Shown: positions 38,546 through 53,400 of the stretch, piece by piece | Numbering within the stretch: position 1 is the stretch's first letter | Layout of the letters: each line of letters opens with the position of its first letter | Origin: Balanoglossus misakiensis | Taxonomy: Eukaryota; Animalia; Hemichordata | DNA length: 64,000 nt | Direction: 5' to 3' | Assembly (NCBI GenBank): GCA_040954595.2 | Contig: CM082580.2 | Location: forward strand, 11,050,909 to 11,114,908 | Notes under the pieces: generated by a model | What the model saw: the letters and a program-made list of their open reading frames with translations, nothing else | Told to the model about the DNA's origin: nothing | Databases searched by the model: none | Made by a program: the position numbers and the translations under genes

Positions 38546-41500
38546 AAACATTTTGGGGTAGGGTCCCAGGGAAGAAAATATGAACTTTCACGGGCGCAAT
38601 TAATACGGGCGATATAAATTATATTCAAAACGACGTAATTTGTATGACCTCCAAATTTTCAAACATCACATGGTCGACCCAGGGAAACTCTACAGCGTCA
38701 GTATACCCACTTCCCATACGTATCCAGATACTTGTATTGCTCAACTTAATCCTCAAAGGTCACTTAGTCGTGATGACCAAGCCGGGCCGGAATTTATTTT
38801 CACAGTTGCGTCAGTCTTTAACTCTTCATTTTTGACAACATATTTAATAGGCAAACTCTTCAGGGGGATTTACTTATACTCGCGGTACCTGGGAACAGTT
38901 ATATGTCATTGACTACGAGAAAGCCTGCGAGGGCACCAGATTAACATTGTTTGACATTAACCAGGCCCGAGGGTAAACTATGAAATACATATTTTGTTTA
39001 AATTATACCATATTAAATCTGATTTATTCTGAGCCAGGTTCACTCAAACCTTTCAGTCACACTCTAGGCATATCACGTGTGTACTTTTATTGGAAAGTAA
39101 TTGAGTTTTAATAAAATAACCAATTTTATACACCGAACTTCCGAGTTGGAGACAGTGTCAGTGTGCGACCATCTTGTCGCCCCAGTCATGAAACATGGTC
39201 TGGTTACAAATCTAAATATAGCTCTCCAGAAGTATCTGCAGCATATCACATTGAAATTGCACCCAAGCACGTGAAAGCTCAGCTCACGGCATGTCATTTG
39301 AATGTGTCTTCTAAAATATCATTTATGTTACCCAGTCACATCATGACAAAACTCTCCGCCATAGAATGTTTTTGGATGAATTGTGATGTCTACAAGAATC
39401 GTGAGAATATAACCGTTTTGTTAGAAATATGACGAATAACGTACTTTTGACAATAAAGAAAAAGAAGGTCAACATTTGGCGCCTTTATTTACGTCTAGGC
39501 CCGAAGCGTAATTATAGCCCCAACGAAACATTTTGCCGGTATCACAAGAATTGGAATCTTGAATGTATACACTCCCACACAGACTGTGACTGTCTCAGAA
39601 TGTCTAGTAAACATATGAATACACACAATCACCTGCTGGAGGCGATCAGCCAGTCTATACAGCCGTAGACGCGAGCAGTAAATGTACCTCTTCATGACAC
39701 TGCCCGAGAGATTCAACAAAAATGGCCGTTTCTGCTAAAAATAATAACCCACCACCAAACCAAAGGAAACCTTTGACGTCGCCTCGAAATGTTTATCGCA
39801 TTCATGTGACAAAATGCTGATGAGCTATCTACACAACATTCATATTTGATATCTTTTCTTGATATGGACATGATTTGGTCAGAGTTCGAATGAATCAAAT
39901 GACTGCCATAAGCCAGTACCAGTGTGTACCACTCTTAAGGCAAAAGGCATTGCAAGCACGCACTAACATTCTTCCCTTTTCAAGGATTGGGTTTCTAATG
40001 AAAGCCTGGAATGATTTCCCTTCGTTGTTGCTGAATCTCTTTTTATACAAATCCCACATTCTCCGTTTAATCAGTTCTCTTATAGAACAGACATGTCGAC
40101 TTGACGGCCGAACAAGTACCCTGTTCAGGTAATTGTAAACTCATTGCCAGTGAGGGGGCACTTTTCAGTGTAGAGTGGCATTTAATCTTCTCCACATTTC
40201 CGTCAATTTGCTCTCCGGTCTTTGAAAGACCGATACGTCCGTGAAGCTCTATGCGGTTGTCTAGGAAACCTGCACATTATCTCGACAACCGTGGAAGCGG
40301 TTCGTGATTTGTTCATCATACGGTCTCTAGTACAGATACTCTTCGATTTAAGACATCCGCACCGAGCGACGTTTCCAGCGATGTGATTCACACAACGTAT
40401 GCCGGCAAAGCTGCTACATGTATATGCACACACGACCAACATATTCATTAACAACTTCTCTATCCCGTGTTTGATGTACCTTATTGCTATTGCTGAACGT
40501 ACATGTATATTCCAGTTTTTTTGCCTATAGTCATTTATTGTTGCGAGGCAGATTCGTAAATTTTGCTCCCCACCATACATGTCAACATGCATTTCGTTTC
40601 CAGCGCAGAAGTTAAATGAGATGGGTTATCAGAATTCAGCCTGAAGGGCGTGTCGGCAAAAAAACATAAGTTAGTCATTTACTAAATGGTTCGTTTTCCA
40701 GGGGCTTAGCTATTATTTCCATCTTAAAATGAATTTCATCACACGGATCATTACACTCCCTAGGTTATTTACAATTTCAATCATCCATTTTCCTATAATA
40801 CATATTCATTAAAAGGTTCTGATAGCACTTTCACTGCGGGAGAACTTATTCTCGTAGTTGTTCACTCTTCATACATTAATAGCGCAAAGGTCCACTCGAA
40901 ATGCCACCAGAACCTAAACTGTCCAAGACAGTTTTAGACAGACGATAAAGAGATATTAAAGGATTGTAAATACTATGGCCGGTGTATTAATTTGAAAAGC
41001 CGGTAATTTATCGGTTATTTGATCGCCATTAGCGCGTAACTGTGACGCAAATACAACAAATTCATGAAGTGATAGTATCACATATACGGTATATATGCAA
41101 ATGTGGTTATCATGTTTGTGTATACTACCAGCTACTGAATCTTTAGATGAGTTTCAATTCCATTGCCTCGCAAAACATGAGCAAATGTTCGCGATTCTTT
41201 TGAAAGCTGAAAACGACACCTATGCAATTGAATACTTTGGAGATAACTGGCCTTGGATTTTTTCACGCATTAGGTAATGCTGTTTCTGGCAATTGTACTG
41301 TCATTACACTAAGTGCTTTAAAAGCTGGGAACGCAATGCAGCTTCGAATGGGTGTAAGTGGATTATCGATCCGCTAATGGAGGAAGAAGGGGCTTCGGCA
41401 ACACTAGGCAACTCAGCTGACACAGTAAAAGAATAGGGAATATATAATAGAAGTGAAGTATACGTGGTACACATAAAAGAAGTTGTTAGTCTCCAGCAGG

Positions 41501-43398
41501 AGGAGGCTGGAGAGTTTCGGAAAAAGAAACCAATGGTTGTGACATAATAGATGTTGCGTGGGGAGAGAACGGATCAGCCGAAACCCCCTTCGGCAAAAAC
41601 AGACTATCTAGATTGTTTTCCAGATGGAAGAGAATCTGGGAAGGATAGAATGATATCACTGGTGTTTGTCCAGACACGCTCGCCACTCTAATTATATCGG
41701 AATCCGTTTAAATAGCCCCGACTGCATGACCCACCCTCAGACCCACTTAGCGTATACCCCATTGAAGAAGAAAAAACGCCGGCAAAGACAAATATTAAGA
41801 TTTTGACACTATCAAGCTGGGAAAAAATCAACATGCTTGTACTTTCATGTAAGCAATAATGGATCAGCAGATACCTGCATGATTCATTGTATAGGGTGGA
41901 AATTGAATTGGTATACGATGCGCAGCTGTAATCTGCACTTTTGACATTAATATATTGGACACATATGATACTTGTATGTGGTGTTTGTGCAAAAAAATCC
42001 CCATGGTACATTTAGTTGCTGCTGAGTGTCTGAAATTGATACCTTATACTCCGAGGGGAAACGAACGTCCAAATGAAAAACACAGATTTATTTCCTACAC
42101 TTCGAAATGAAGAGTTGGGATGCCACACCTTCGAGAAAGCCAATATGTTTCAGGCGGAACAAGATGCAGAACGCTACAAAACGCTGACTTAGCTAAGACA
42201 TGATAGGCTAAGTCAGAGTATAGATAAGACATCTGTATTTTCTGTATAGAGATATTTCCGAGAAGAACACCATCAAAGGTCCTTAATTGCTTGGATAATA
42301 CTCTAATTTCTTACAGTACACGATCCTCTTTCCACAGATCATTAACACAATCAGCACAACCAATTTGCAAAATCGATGACAATGCGAGTCGGCATCCTCG
42401 CTACGAGAATTGGTACGATAGGTTACGAGTTCGAACCCTGAGTATGAATATCAGTATGCTGTTCCTAATTATAGAACAAAATAGCATTAAATTTAGCACT
42501 AATAATTTATATTTGTAAGACTGTATCTATATGCCGCTTCCATGTATAGGAGTGCACTTAAATTAAGCACTAGCGCTATATTAAATTTGCATATTTATTA
42601 CCATTGTTTCCACTGTACAGAGAGACCCTGTCAAACGATAGATGTTATATTAAAATAAATTAGAGATTTGATAAAAAGCAACGACGCACTGTTTGCCATG
42701 ATGTCCAGACTAATACAAAGTAACAACCACATTGTTTGCTACCACTGTAGCCGTTACACTTTGTGCCTACATTGACTTGCTAGCAACTGTGTCACATGGG
42801 ACCCCATGCCCTTTAAGTGGTGTCATTTAGAGACATTGAGAGTAAAAGGAATGGTTATTGAAATTTAGATGGACTTCCCTTTCACTTCTCTAACCCTAAT
42901 CGTATCCAGTCTGTTTGTAGTACGCAACACATACGTTTGTTGTTTTACTAACGCCAGGCTGACCTGAAATTGCAAGGTCTCTGAAAGCGAAGTCTAGATA
43001 CAACGCACCTGGTGTGCACCTGTTTCTCCACTGGTTTTGCAAAGAAACTGACCAATAGAAACAGACAATTTCACTGGACCTCGAACGCTAGCCCCCAACG
43101 GTGTGTTGAATCAATGGCATATGCGATCTGGCGACGCACGTTTAGGGTCCTACACTATATGCATGGTGATAAAATTAGAACGAATGTTCGACGGTATAAG
43201 CTGACAAAACAGTCTGGTCCAGCAGGGATGTCACTGACTTTTTTGCATGAGGTGGAAGGTTAACAAACACTTGTGGTGGAATTATACAGTGTTTCATTCA
43301 ATTATTCCTACAATAGCCTTTCAAATAAGAAAATGTGGATGGGCGATACCATACAGACTTCCAGCCCATCACTGATCTGGATGTCAACATGTTTATTA

Positions 43399-44499
43399 GG
43401 GACTGTCCAGAATTTACTTCCAGGGTGGGGCTGGAGGATTTCTTATTTTCCTGGTGATTTTTTTCCATGGCCCCCCCTTGTAAATTGTGGAGGAAATCTG
43501 TGGCCCCCCCTTAAATTTCCTGTTTTTTTTCCATGACCCCCCCCCTTCCCCCAATATATACATGCATGCTTACAGACTACGACACATACAGTCTGTTAAG
43601 GCTGCATTTACAAACACCTCTGGAGGGGGGGGGGGGGGGGAGAATTAAATGTCTTTTACCGTTAATTTTCACATGCCCCCCGTATACAACCCGAAATATT
43701 TTCAAATCCCCCCTTCTGACCAGCTAAAATTTTGAAATCCCACCCTCCATTTTCTTTCACACAGCAAAACACATCACCTATCTATCTTGTAAAAAAGAAA
43801 AACAGCGCTCCCATGAAAAGAATTTGAAACTGATGTTTTTCCTCATCAGTGGATATTAAAACTGAACATGGTTTATATTTCTTTATTTTTTAAGTATTTG
43901 TATTCTGTGTTGGCAGATATTGTAAACCGAGAAGTGAAGGGGGTGGGTTTGGGAGGGGGTGTCCCCCTCCCACGTAAGAAAATTTATAAAATACAGAGCT
44001 CAAAGCTGCATTTTAATGAACCCAAAAGCAAATTAACTTTTTATATACATATATGAATGATTGATGAGAAAATTAACGAATTCTAGTCTGGACTTGAATT
44101 GAGCTCGTCAACAGTAACAACACTGACTGTTCACTGTACATATATGGTCTGTGCTGGCAGGCCAAATACTGGGCATTTTATTATGCTTCACAGAGTAGAA
44201 CGAGAAACTGTAGTAGATATACAAAATAACCCACTGTAAAAATTACTGGAAATTCAAGCTTATGAAGATTTAATACACTTGTGGATTTCATCTGTCATCC
44301 AGGTAGCCATGGTGGTTTGTTTCTTATAAATCAGTACTTCTGGGCAAATATTGAGTTTGTGAGGGTTTTTTTACATGCCCCCCCCCCTAAAGGATTGTGA
44401 TTTTTATGTCTGACCCCCCCTAATTTTTCTTGGGGAAAATGGGTGGCCCCCCCTGAAAATCCTCCAGCCCCCCCCTGGAAGTAAATTCTGGACAGTCCC
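43399..44499. mobile_element. Non-autonomous PIF/Harbinger-type DNA transposon (Tourist-like MITE), 1101 bp
   Basis: 43-bp terminal inverted repeats GGGACTGTCCAGAATTTACTTCCAGGG(T/G)GGGGCTGGAGGATTT at 43399-43441 and 44457-44499 with one mismatch. TTA direct repeats at 43396-43398 and 44500-44502. No transposase ORF. Confidence 0.88.
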
Positions 44500-47400
44500 T
44501 TAGTCAAACATGGATCCAGGCCATACTGCATATTTATAGTTATAGGCCTGATGGGCAGATGGTGGTGATGTACACGATATACAACTTAATATATACATTC
44601 AATTACGAGATATAAGCCTAAGCCCAATGGATATGCCTACTTGAATAGCACAGGTGATATATGTTTTACATTTTTTGTGAAACATTCATTCACTTTTTCT
44701 TTCGTTCTTTCTTTCGCTTCTGGTAAATGAATGCATTTATATACCTGCAACCGTGTACCAACCACCAACACCCTCGCACTAACTAGCATTGAATTGTTAG
44801 CGTTGAGTACAATGAAGATTGAAAATGAATTCCGAATAAATGACACCCACTTCCCGGACATTAACAAGGCGGTTGATTGAACTAAACGTAAAACCCCGGA
44901 GCTGGCAGTCGACTTCATCTTCTCATCAGAGAAGTCAATAAGCCGCCACTAGGGTGGGAACTCGTTTAATTTGCGCTAAAAGACCCAGCAAAGTCGTAAA
45001 TCGTAGCCAACCGGAATGTAATCAGTCAAGACTTGTGCTCGCACGTAAGTCGGTGATTATTTTTCGATTCGGGCATGGACGCCATCTCGCCTGAAGATAT
45101 TGAGTTTTAATCGGGATTTCGTGGCAGAAAAGTGAAACACGCCATGAACTGTAAGCAAACCGCCATAAAATAGTAATCTCGCTGTCAAAGGTACCGTCGA
45201 AGTTTCCTCAGACGTTATTCAGGCCTACACTGTACAGACCATGGGTCATTGAGTGACTTCGATGTGATGTCGGATGACGTCGTCGTGACTTCGTCGACGA
45301 CAGCTATTGCATTTTTCTGAAAAACATGTGTTACATTGTAGCTTTTGTTGAGAATACTGAATAGGGAGGGGTCTCTACTGCGAAACCAGCCGTGTTCATC
45401 TACATGTAAAGTCGAGTCGACGGCTAAAACTGACGCCATATTGAAATGAAGAAGTCACGAAAATGGACCCGCCGCGCCGCGAGGAAACTGAATTCGCGAT
45501 TCGTAGATCCATCCTGTCTTAATTTTGACACTGTCTCTCATACGGTTGCATGGCCTGATCAATAGATACAGAGACATTAGAGCGATGCTTTCAAAGAAAA
45601 CTATCCCGCATTGTCAGAAGCTGTGCGAAAACACATCTGGTGACTGTGCGTCTTCCCACAGGTACTATTATGCACAGGTAATATCCATGCATGCATAGGC
45701 GTACCTTCTGGAAAATCACCCAGTCACCACAGAATGTAACCGGGCGTTCACCCAGCGAAATACACTACACAAGTAAGAAGACAGGATATTGCACTTACCG
45801 GTACTTGAACTGTGACTGCAACTGTTCCTGAAAAACAGCACATGAGGTGCAAACACCAAACGCAGTACAGTAGAGGTGCCCTCGTCGGAAAGAGACTCTG
45901 ACCTTCGACCCGTCGTCAAACTGTACGGCTAGGTGCTCGCTGAAGAGCAGCGGGATAAAACCAGGCACTTGTCAGTGCAGGAAGGCTCAGCCGACTAAAA
46001 CAGCTAACAGCAGGATAACTCGTGTGCTGGAAGGATCTGGGAGAGATGAACATAGAGAACAAACAAGTCGTCATTCATCCGTGTATTTTGGTCTGTCCCA
46101 TACCATACCATACAATGTATCCAGTAGTGCGTAAAAATAGAAATCGCTGTGTATTTTGAACGCATGGGGAATTTCGTTTCAATATCTGTGCGAGTGCGTA
46201 TAAATAGTTCGTATACTACTGAAGCCTTTTCTGGTGAATCGTCAGGCTACGGCCACGGCATGTCATGGTGATACATCACAGTCTCAGAAGGTACGACAGG
46301 TCGAAGTTCCCGCCAACTGCGACTTATGAGGTATACGCTTCACTCAGGGAAGCATGAGTGATCCTTTTGGAAGAGATATCCCACGACGAGAACTATCTGA
46401 CCCCTTAGTCAAGCGCAAGCAGAATATATACCTATATCAAACACGATAACAAGTTTTAATTGAAGGTAGTCTTCGAGTGTTGTTCACTTAAATGCAGTGT
46501 GTAATGTTACCACGCATCGCTGAACTTTAAGTAGTAGCCCATAGGCCTAATCTCTAACACGTTCGTAATTATGAGAAACAGACAACTGTGGGACAAAGAA
46601 CCTGACCGCAAATCGATGAAACGCGCGTGATTTTGTTCTAATTGACGCGATGCTGGAACGCGTCACTGAGGGGGAAAAACACGTCAGTTGTGTGCATGCG
46701 CAGGTTCTACATGAAGTGTGCACAGGGAGGAATTTCTTCAATTTCAGTGGCAATATAAATGTACATGTAAGATAACTGGCAACTGGGGCTATAAGTCTAT
46801 GCTAATTCAACTGCATTGCAATCCTTAGAAGGATAAACGTGTTGCGATACCTGTAGCTCTTCACGCGACATTCTTTACGGGAAAAAAAAGGGCAAATTTC
46901 AGTTCAGGCAGCCCAGGCAAAATACAGGGTAGCGTCTGTGACTGAGTAGAATTTTACAAACCAAAATTTGTGCATCACGTTTCAGTGACTATTACTGCCC
47001 TTGCATTTACGTAAAACGTGCGAAAATGTGATCACGTATTCCTGATGCGACCCTTTGTAATCAGGGGTTGAGTCAACGACATGTTTACAGAAAACCATGA
47101 ACTGCACGTGTTTTGAAGCTATTAAGTTAATTTGAGCGATGCCACCGACTCGTGATCAGAGTTTGCGCAGTGTCTGCAGTTAATCCTGGTCGGTCCGCAA
47201 GGCCATTTTCAAATATTTTGTGTGAGGTCGTGCCGGTGTTGTTCAGTACTGGGCATAAACATAATGCGATAATTTAAGCTTATAACTCCCACGCTAATAG
47301 TGAAGTGGATAGATTGGCACGCATCCAGCTCGTTGGAGTTATTTATCAACCGAATTCAATACAAAAACACGAGATAAAGACCGGAGAGTAAATGCATAAA

Positions 47401-50400
47401 TGGAAATAGGCGTGGTGCCATTGCTTGGAAAAATATTGCTGCCATATGGTGAAAATTGCCAATTTACACCGTTCAAATGTGTTCCAAGGTGTTTTGATCA
47501 CGCATGCCCAATACTCGTTCATCGCGTTGACGCGTTCGCTGTCTATTCATTGCATTTCTTGGGTGATTGCTTTTCTTGGTTTGATGTGATCGCTGACGCG
47601 CGGCGAAGATTTTCTTCAATCTAACGGTTATTTAGGCACCTATCTTGGGCGGGAAAAAAAAGTCATCCGACATCGGCGCCGCTGATTGATCGAACAATAG
47701 GAAACGCGGTCTTCTGGCCTTAAAATAGCCAATCAGCGAGGGACACATGTCAGATTTCATTACCAGCGCTACAAAAATGTACGAAATGTAATATCTGCTA
47801 CCCGTTGCTTTTGCAACTCTGATGCCCATCTTCGCATTTTGTACATGTACATGTACAGCACATGGGAAATTTAGCACTAAGACGCCCAGAGGTGGATATA
47901 ACATGTACATGTAAAATTAGGAGGTACAACTGACAGCCCATCATGATATGAATTCTCATTCTTGACCCGTAAACGTATAGCGCTCTGCAATTTGAAAACA
48001 TGTAAACTTTCCCCTCGCGTAGGTTGGAAAATCGTACATGAAACACTGCATTAATTATTAAAAGGGGCGCTGTCCTCTTATTTACAAATGCGCAGATTGT
48101 ATTACGTGCCTTGTCTTAATATTCAAAGGAAACTTCCTCATAGGAAACACTGTCAAGAGAGGTTCGTGCATGGGGAGAATGTGAGCATCATAGCAGTGTG
48201 ATACTTGAATCCACCAAATTTGACGCAATTTCTGATCTGTCTGACTCTACAGATGACAATCATCATACGCTTGACTTCAATGACAAAACTTTTATAAAGT
48301 TGCGTCTATGTTTAAAGCTAGAAAGCTTTGGGTAAAACATGTTTTGATTTTACAGACAAAGAGCTATTGTTCGACGTTAATTATGAAGGAGGTGCATGTC
48401 AAACACAAATCATAGAAATACATTACCTATATAGGGCAGTCACGGACAACATGAGCCTGTGGAGGCACTGTACAAGTTGATTGCATGCAATATTTCATTG
48501 TAGTATGTCAAGATAGTCAAGAAATTCAACTTTCGCAGCAAAATAATTGCCTCACTTTCAATCATCTACCTCCAACTTTAGACGCCGTACCCATTTGTTG
48601 TACAGGTTCCAATTTGAAAGGACATTAACGCGAAGCACCGGTGACTACTTTCCTATAAATAAATCAAACTCATGACCCACATATTTTTATTGCAAATGTT
48701 TTACCGGTGAAACTAAGAGCTTCAAAATGTTAACAAAGTCATAACAGTGGCGTCCCGGGCACCATAAGTTATGCCTTATTAATTATTGTAGTAGTTTTTA
48801 ATCATAGCCCGGAAATTGAAATCCTTTGAACTAACGGCGAACGCTGACTATAATTCTCCATCAAAATATCAAGGGATGTTTTATTTTTATTGCACTTAAC
48901 CTATCAGGTTTCCCTTCTCTGTTCGCCTTTTAGTGTTTTGAAATCAGCTGATGCCCGTCTCTCCATCAAGAACTCCAAGACGTAAAGTTCCTTATGCCTT
49001 CATTAGACTTCTCAATAAAATAAACCCACATTTCTACTTAAGTTTAGTGCTATTTAACTAGGTCTAAACCATGCACATAAAGGGACTGTGCCTATACCCT
49101 ACTGGAAACAACTTCAGCGTTGACTAACTCAAACGGTCACATGCCGCTTGTACATATGTGTCACGTGATAGTGGCGAATAATGGCGAAGCTCGGGTAGCT
49201 TCTACAAATATCACTGAATGAACTCCGACGACGGCAGTTCTCTCGCTGTTCGGTTAAAGAGTTAAACGGTCAGTTGTATTTCCCGAATGACCATTATCCC
49301 ATCTCGCCATGTCAAGGCTTTTGAATAAATTAGATGTTTTAAGATTATCATTGCTTGAGATCATATCATTAAAATCAAACCCACATGAATGATTCGTAAT
49401 TAAGTTTTTTTTTCTCGAATCCGAGACCTGGACAGTCGGATGCTCCTTCGTGAATTACGAGAGGCAATAACGCGAAGCTAATTCAAAGCCCTTTTTAAGG
49501 TTTCACGGCGTACGTAAATGTTATGAAGAACGTATATCAGAGTGATAACTTTTGCTGTTGTACGCAAGAGTCGCCGAAAAACTCATTTCTATATATGCGC
49601 TTAAACATTTCTCTGGATGATAGGTTGCTTTGACGGAATGTGATAGCTCTCCCCTAGAGTGGAAAAGTGGAAAGCACGTTTTAAATGCCAAGCTACTCGC
49701 AGAAACAAAGTGAATTGTGAGTCATTGGGGGCCTTCCTCACACGTGTAGGCAACACATGGCTGTTTAGATGACATAAGTAAAATCCCACGTGGATGGCAT
49801 GTGGCAGTAAACAATGTCTGATGACCACAGAATTGGAATGGCAGTGTCAAGAATGCGCTAGAAGTTTAACGAATAGGAAACACGTCTACTTTCGTTGGCC
49901 ACCTTAAGTCCCTTAATTTCAAATGCTTACGCTTGCGCGTTTACGCGTACAACGTGAGCAGGTAAAATTAACTTACCATCGCGGTGTTTGATTTATTGGA
50001 AGAACGGTGATCTGTCAGAAAACAATGCGACTTATTGCGATACGATATACATTACTTTTCCCCCTTATCCATCACGTCGGTTCCCCATCGTGACGGGAGG
50101 TTTAGACTCAATATCGACGACCCAGCATGATGATTTGAGTCGTGATAATACCGAGAAGTACATGCAGCCTTTCACCTCAATCACTTTTTGACGGTTTCTT
50201 TGGTTTTTACAGATGTGCTGATGACGTCAGATAAACAGAATTACCACGAATACCGAATAATCCATAATATCACCGGCCACGCCAATAATAGTGAAGGGCT
50301 AGGAGAGCGACCAACCACGAATACCTGGAATTTAGGCTAAACTAAACATTGCAGCTACAGTGTATATGACGTGCATTGATCATGTTGATGCCTTCATCAG

Positions 50401-53400
50401 GGATCGCTTAATTTCACATTGATAGAATGTTTCATAGCTCTTAGTGAAAATAGAAAATTTATCTTAACCAAACTAGCGATTTTCAGGAAGACGATAGACC
50501 ATGACACTGTTCAATGTTGCAATCTAAATGCAATGAGTAAGCACAGAGTTTGATGACGTCACGAGAGCGACGCCAGGTCTCCCAGACCAGCTTAAACGTT
50601 ACAGCCTTTTAAGTCGCCCATTATAGCGGGACTTTTCGTCTCGTGCTGTCTCGTGGGATTTGAATCACGTAGATTTGATGATGGCCGCACACGAGGAGGA
50701 AAACTCTAGGTGTGAAACATGCACGGCCGTTAGAAACACGTACTACCTTTGATGCGAAAAAGGTAATCCATCTTAGCATGCAAACTGTCGAATTCAGACA
50801 CTTTTAGCTGTCTTTGCCACAGCCACCCAGACCAACTCTATTACTTCCGACAGGTTTGTTAATTACTCAAGTGAAATCTAAGGTCACTTTAATCTTTCTC
50901 AAATTATCCTAATTTCACTACGCCTGAGCTAACTTAGCAGCTAGGTTTGCTGGTCGTCGCCTCACAGAATGACTCTTTCGACAGAACGATTCATGTGAAC
51001 AGTAAATGACGTCACTGTCCCCGGCACTGTTGGTCGCATGGCAAGCTCTGAATGGTGGCAAAGGGGAAGCTGTTTTACCAGTTCCTCTCTGAGTCTAAAC
51101 AATGAAAACTAAGTCGTCCAAAAACATGGAACATCAAGCATCTTGAGACAGCTCCAACCGCCTAACCACGAAGGAACACTTGCGCGACCGACCGATTGAA
51201 GGGTAACTTTCACGTTATTGACTGAAACATTCGCTGTCAATCTATATCTTAAATACAGAGGCTAATTGTAATTAGAGTGCCATGCCATTTTCCAACTGCC
51301 TGTAATATGAGATTGCAAGGACCCCTTTCTTTAAATAATTAACCACTAAATTACTATAACCATTTTGCGTGACCAACTAGTCACTGACGTTATCTCTCAT
51401 ATGCAGACGCAAATTAAGTGAAATCAAAAATACTGAACATCGTATATTCGTTAATTTATCATATCTCCGAATAGTCATGATAATCGGTGACGAAAAATGA
51501 TGAAAATCTAATAAATATTATCTCCATTTTCATCACCGATTTACATGATCAGAGCGCTGTGCTTGTCTCATGAAATACTTATTATCTAGTTATCCATCAT
51601 CGATAGTTATTGCGGAAACGGCATAAACGGAAAAATTTAGGGAAAAAAAACTATTGTTACCTAAAGGCTTTTACAAATAAAACTACATGTAAATATAACA
51701 GCAACACTATGGTAAGCATATATTTTAGAAAGACAAACCCAAATTTCCCCCGCCACAGCATGGTCACTGTTATTTCTGAATACCCACGTTGTTGCTTTGT
51801 GCGACTTCAAAAAGGACCTGTCACTCACTGTCCTATCCATTCAATATTGAATTCGTTTTCCGAACATAATTACTCTGGCTCAAATACAAAAAACTTTGAA
51901 AACCCAATCCCCTGTCGTTCACGCAATATAGGACCTTACACATGCACACTGAGCATATATATAAATCCCACAAACGACACACCGTGTGATTTATTGCCAA
52001 ACATAATAACAGACATTTACATAAAGGGAGAGGGGGATTTAACATTTTGTTCGCAGACGAAGGATAATTGTCTGCGTCCGATAGGCATCATCCGAATCTG
52101 TTGATATATTCAACGCTATCAATCAATGTGTTGAATCCGTTCACTAAATGCAAACAGGATTTACTGAACAAATCATTCTGAAAAATAGCTTTAATTTACT
52201 CTAGTCGATTAGTGACAGTCCTCACATGGCTGTAAAACGTAGCATGGTCGACATACAACTGTTAAATCAAATCAAATCAAATAGAAACGGGTGTTGATAT
52301 ATACCGGTACATATTATATGTTTGCATTATGTATATAGATGTGATATTGGCATTGCATGTATTTAATTTCATATATGACTACTTCTTCTTTATTGCTAGT
52401 AATTTTAAAGAGTCTAAATTTATTGCTAAATGTTTTATTGGCAACAAGGAACTCATTTTGTTTTTAACAGGGTTGATCATTTTATATAACTTAAGCTGAA
52501 TTCAAAGAACATCTATCACTGGTGAAAGTTGATGCTGCACTACAACTTTTTTGCATTGAAGATTGTTTCATTATTTCATCAAACATCGACGAACCATTCA
52601 CACATGTACAGTACTGCAAAATACTCGGGACAGCTATATGTATTATTCCTTCTCAGATAACAACAGGGGCCACAATTATAGTGTGTCACGTCTCGGATCG
52701 CTTCATACACGTTTAGCAATTTCACTTTCAGTGCAGATCTCGCGCGGTGAGAAGGTTAAGTGAAGACGCTCAAGGCCTTCTGCAGTGTCTGCGATTTCAC
52801 TGGGAGGGCGTCACACATCAGTGAGGAACGACATATCTATGTCTGTGACAATGAACTTGTCATGCATATACCGCTGATCATTTCCTGCGTGTCATGCGCA
52901 TTGAGCATGGCGATATTCTCATGGTGACCTTAATCTAAAGTATACATAGGAAAACACCATAATCATCATAATCTTAAAGCTCTCCATTAGTACATTATAG
53001 GATCTGGAGTTTTTGAAGAAACGCGTGGAGTACATCTTGATACTAAAACACAACAGGCACTCTAAGGCAGGCTGGAAGTTGTGCACATATTCCTTATAGA
53101 CCCTTGGTCACGTCTGGTAATAAATACGCTTGACAGACCATACATTTCCTCCTGGAGGTATTTCGTTGGTCGACCCCTCTACACATAAACACAATGAACG
53201 TACACAATGTACATGCATGTTTGACATGTCCGAATGCCCGCTACGATATAGTTACACAAAAGTGGCTTTCATCTTCGACTAAATAAAACAGTATATGTCA
53301 GTTGCATGCTGTACAAAAGCGAGCAGTTGCCACCTGTCATCGCTCCTTGTGGCGACACCACAATGAAACTAAAAGAATTCATTATTTCGATGGCGCTTCA

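Noticed and set aside
42427-42438. GAGTTCGAACCC B-box-like motif (tRNA or SINE)
   Set aside because: No A-box, cloverleaf or SINE tail nearby.
51610-52104. 164-aa plus-strand ORF
   Set aside because: TTG start, AT-rich composition, and no splice or domain support.
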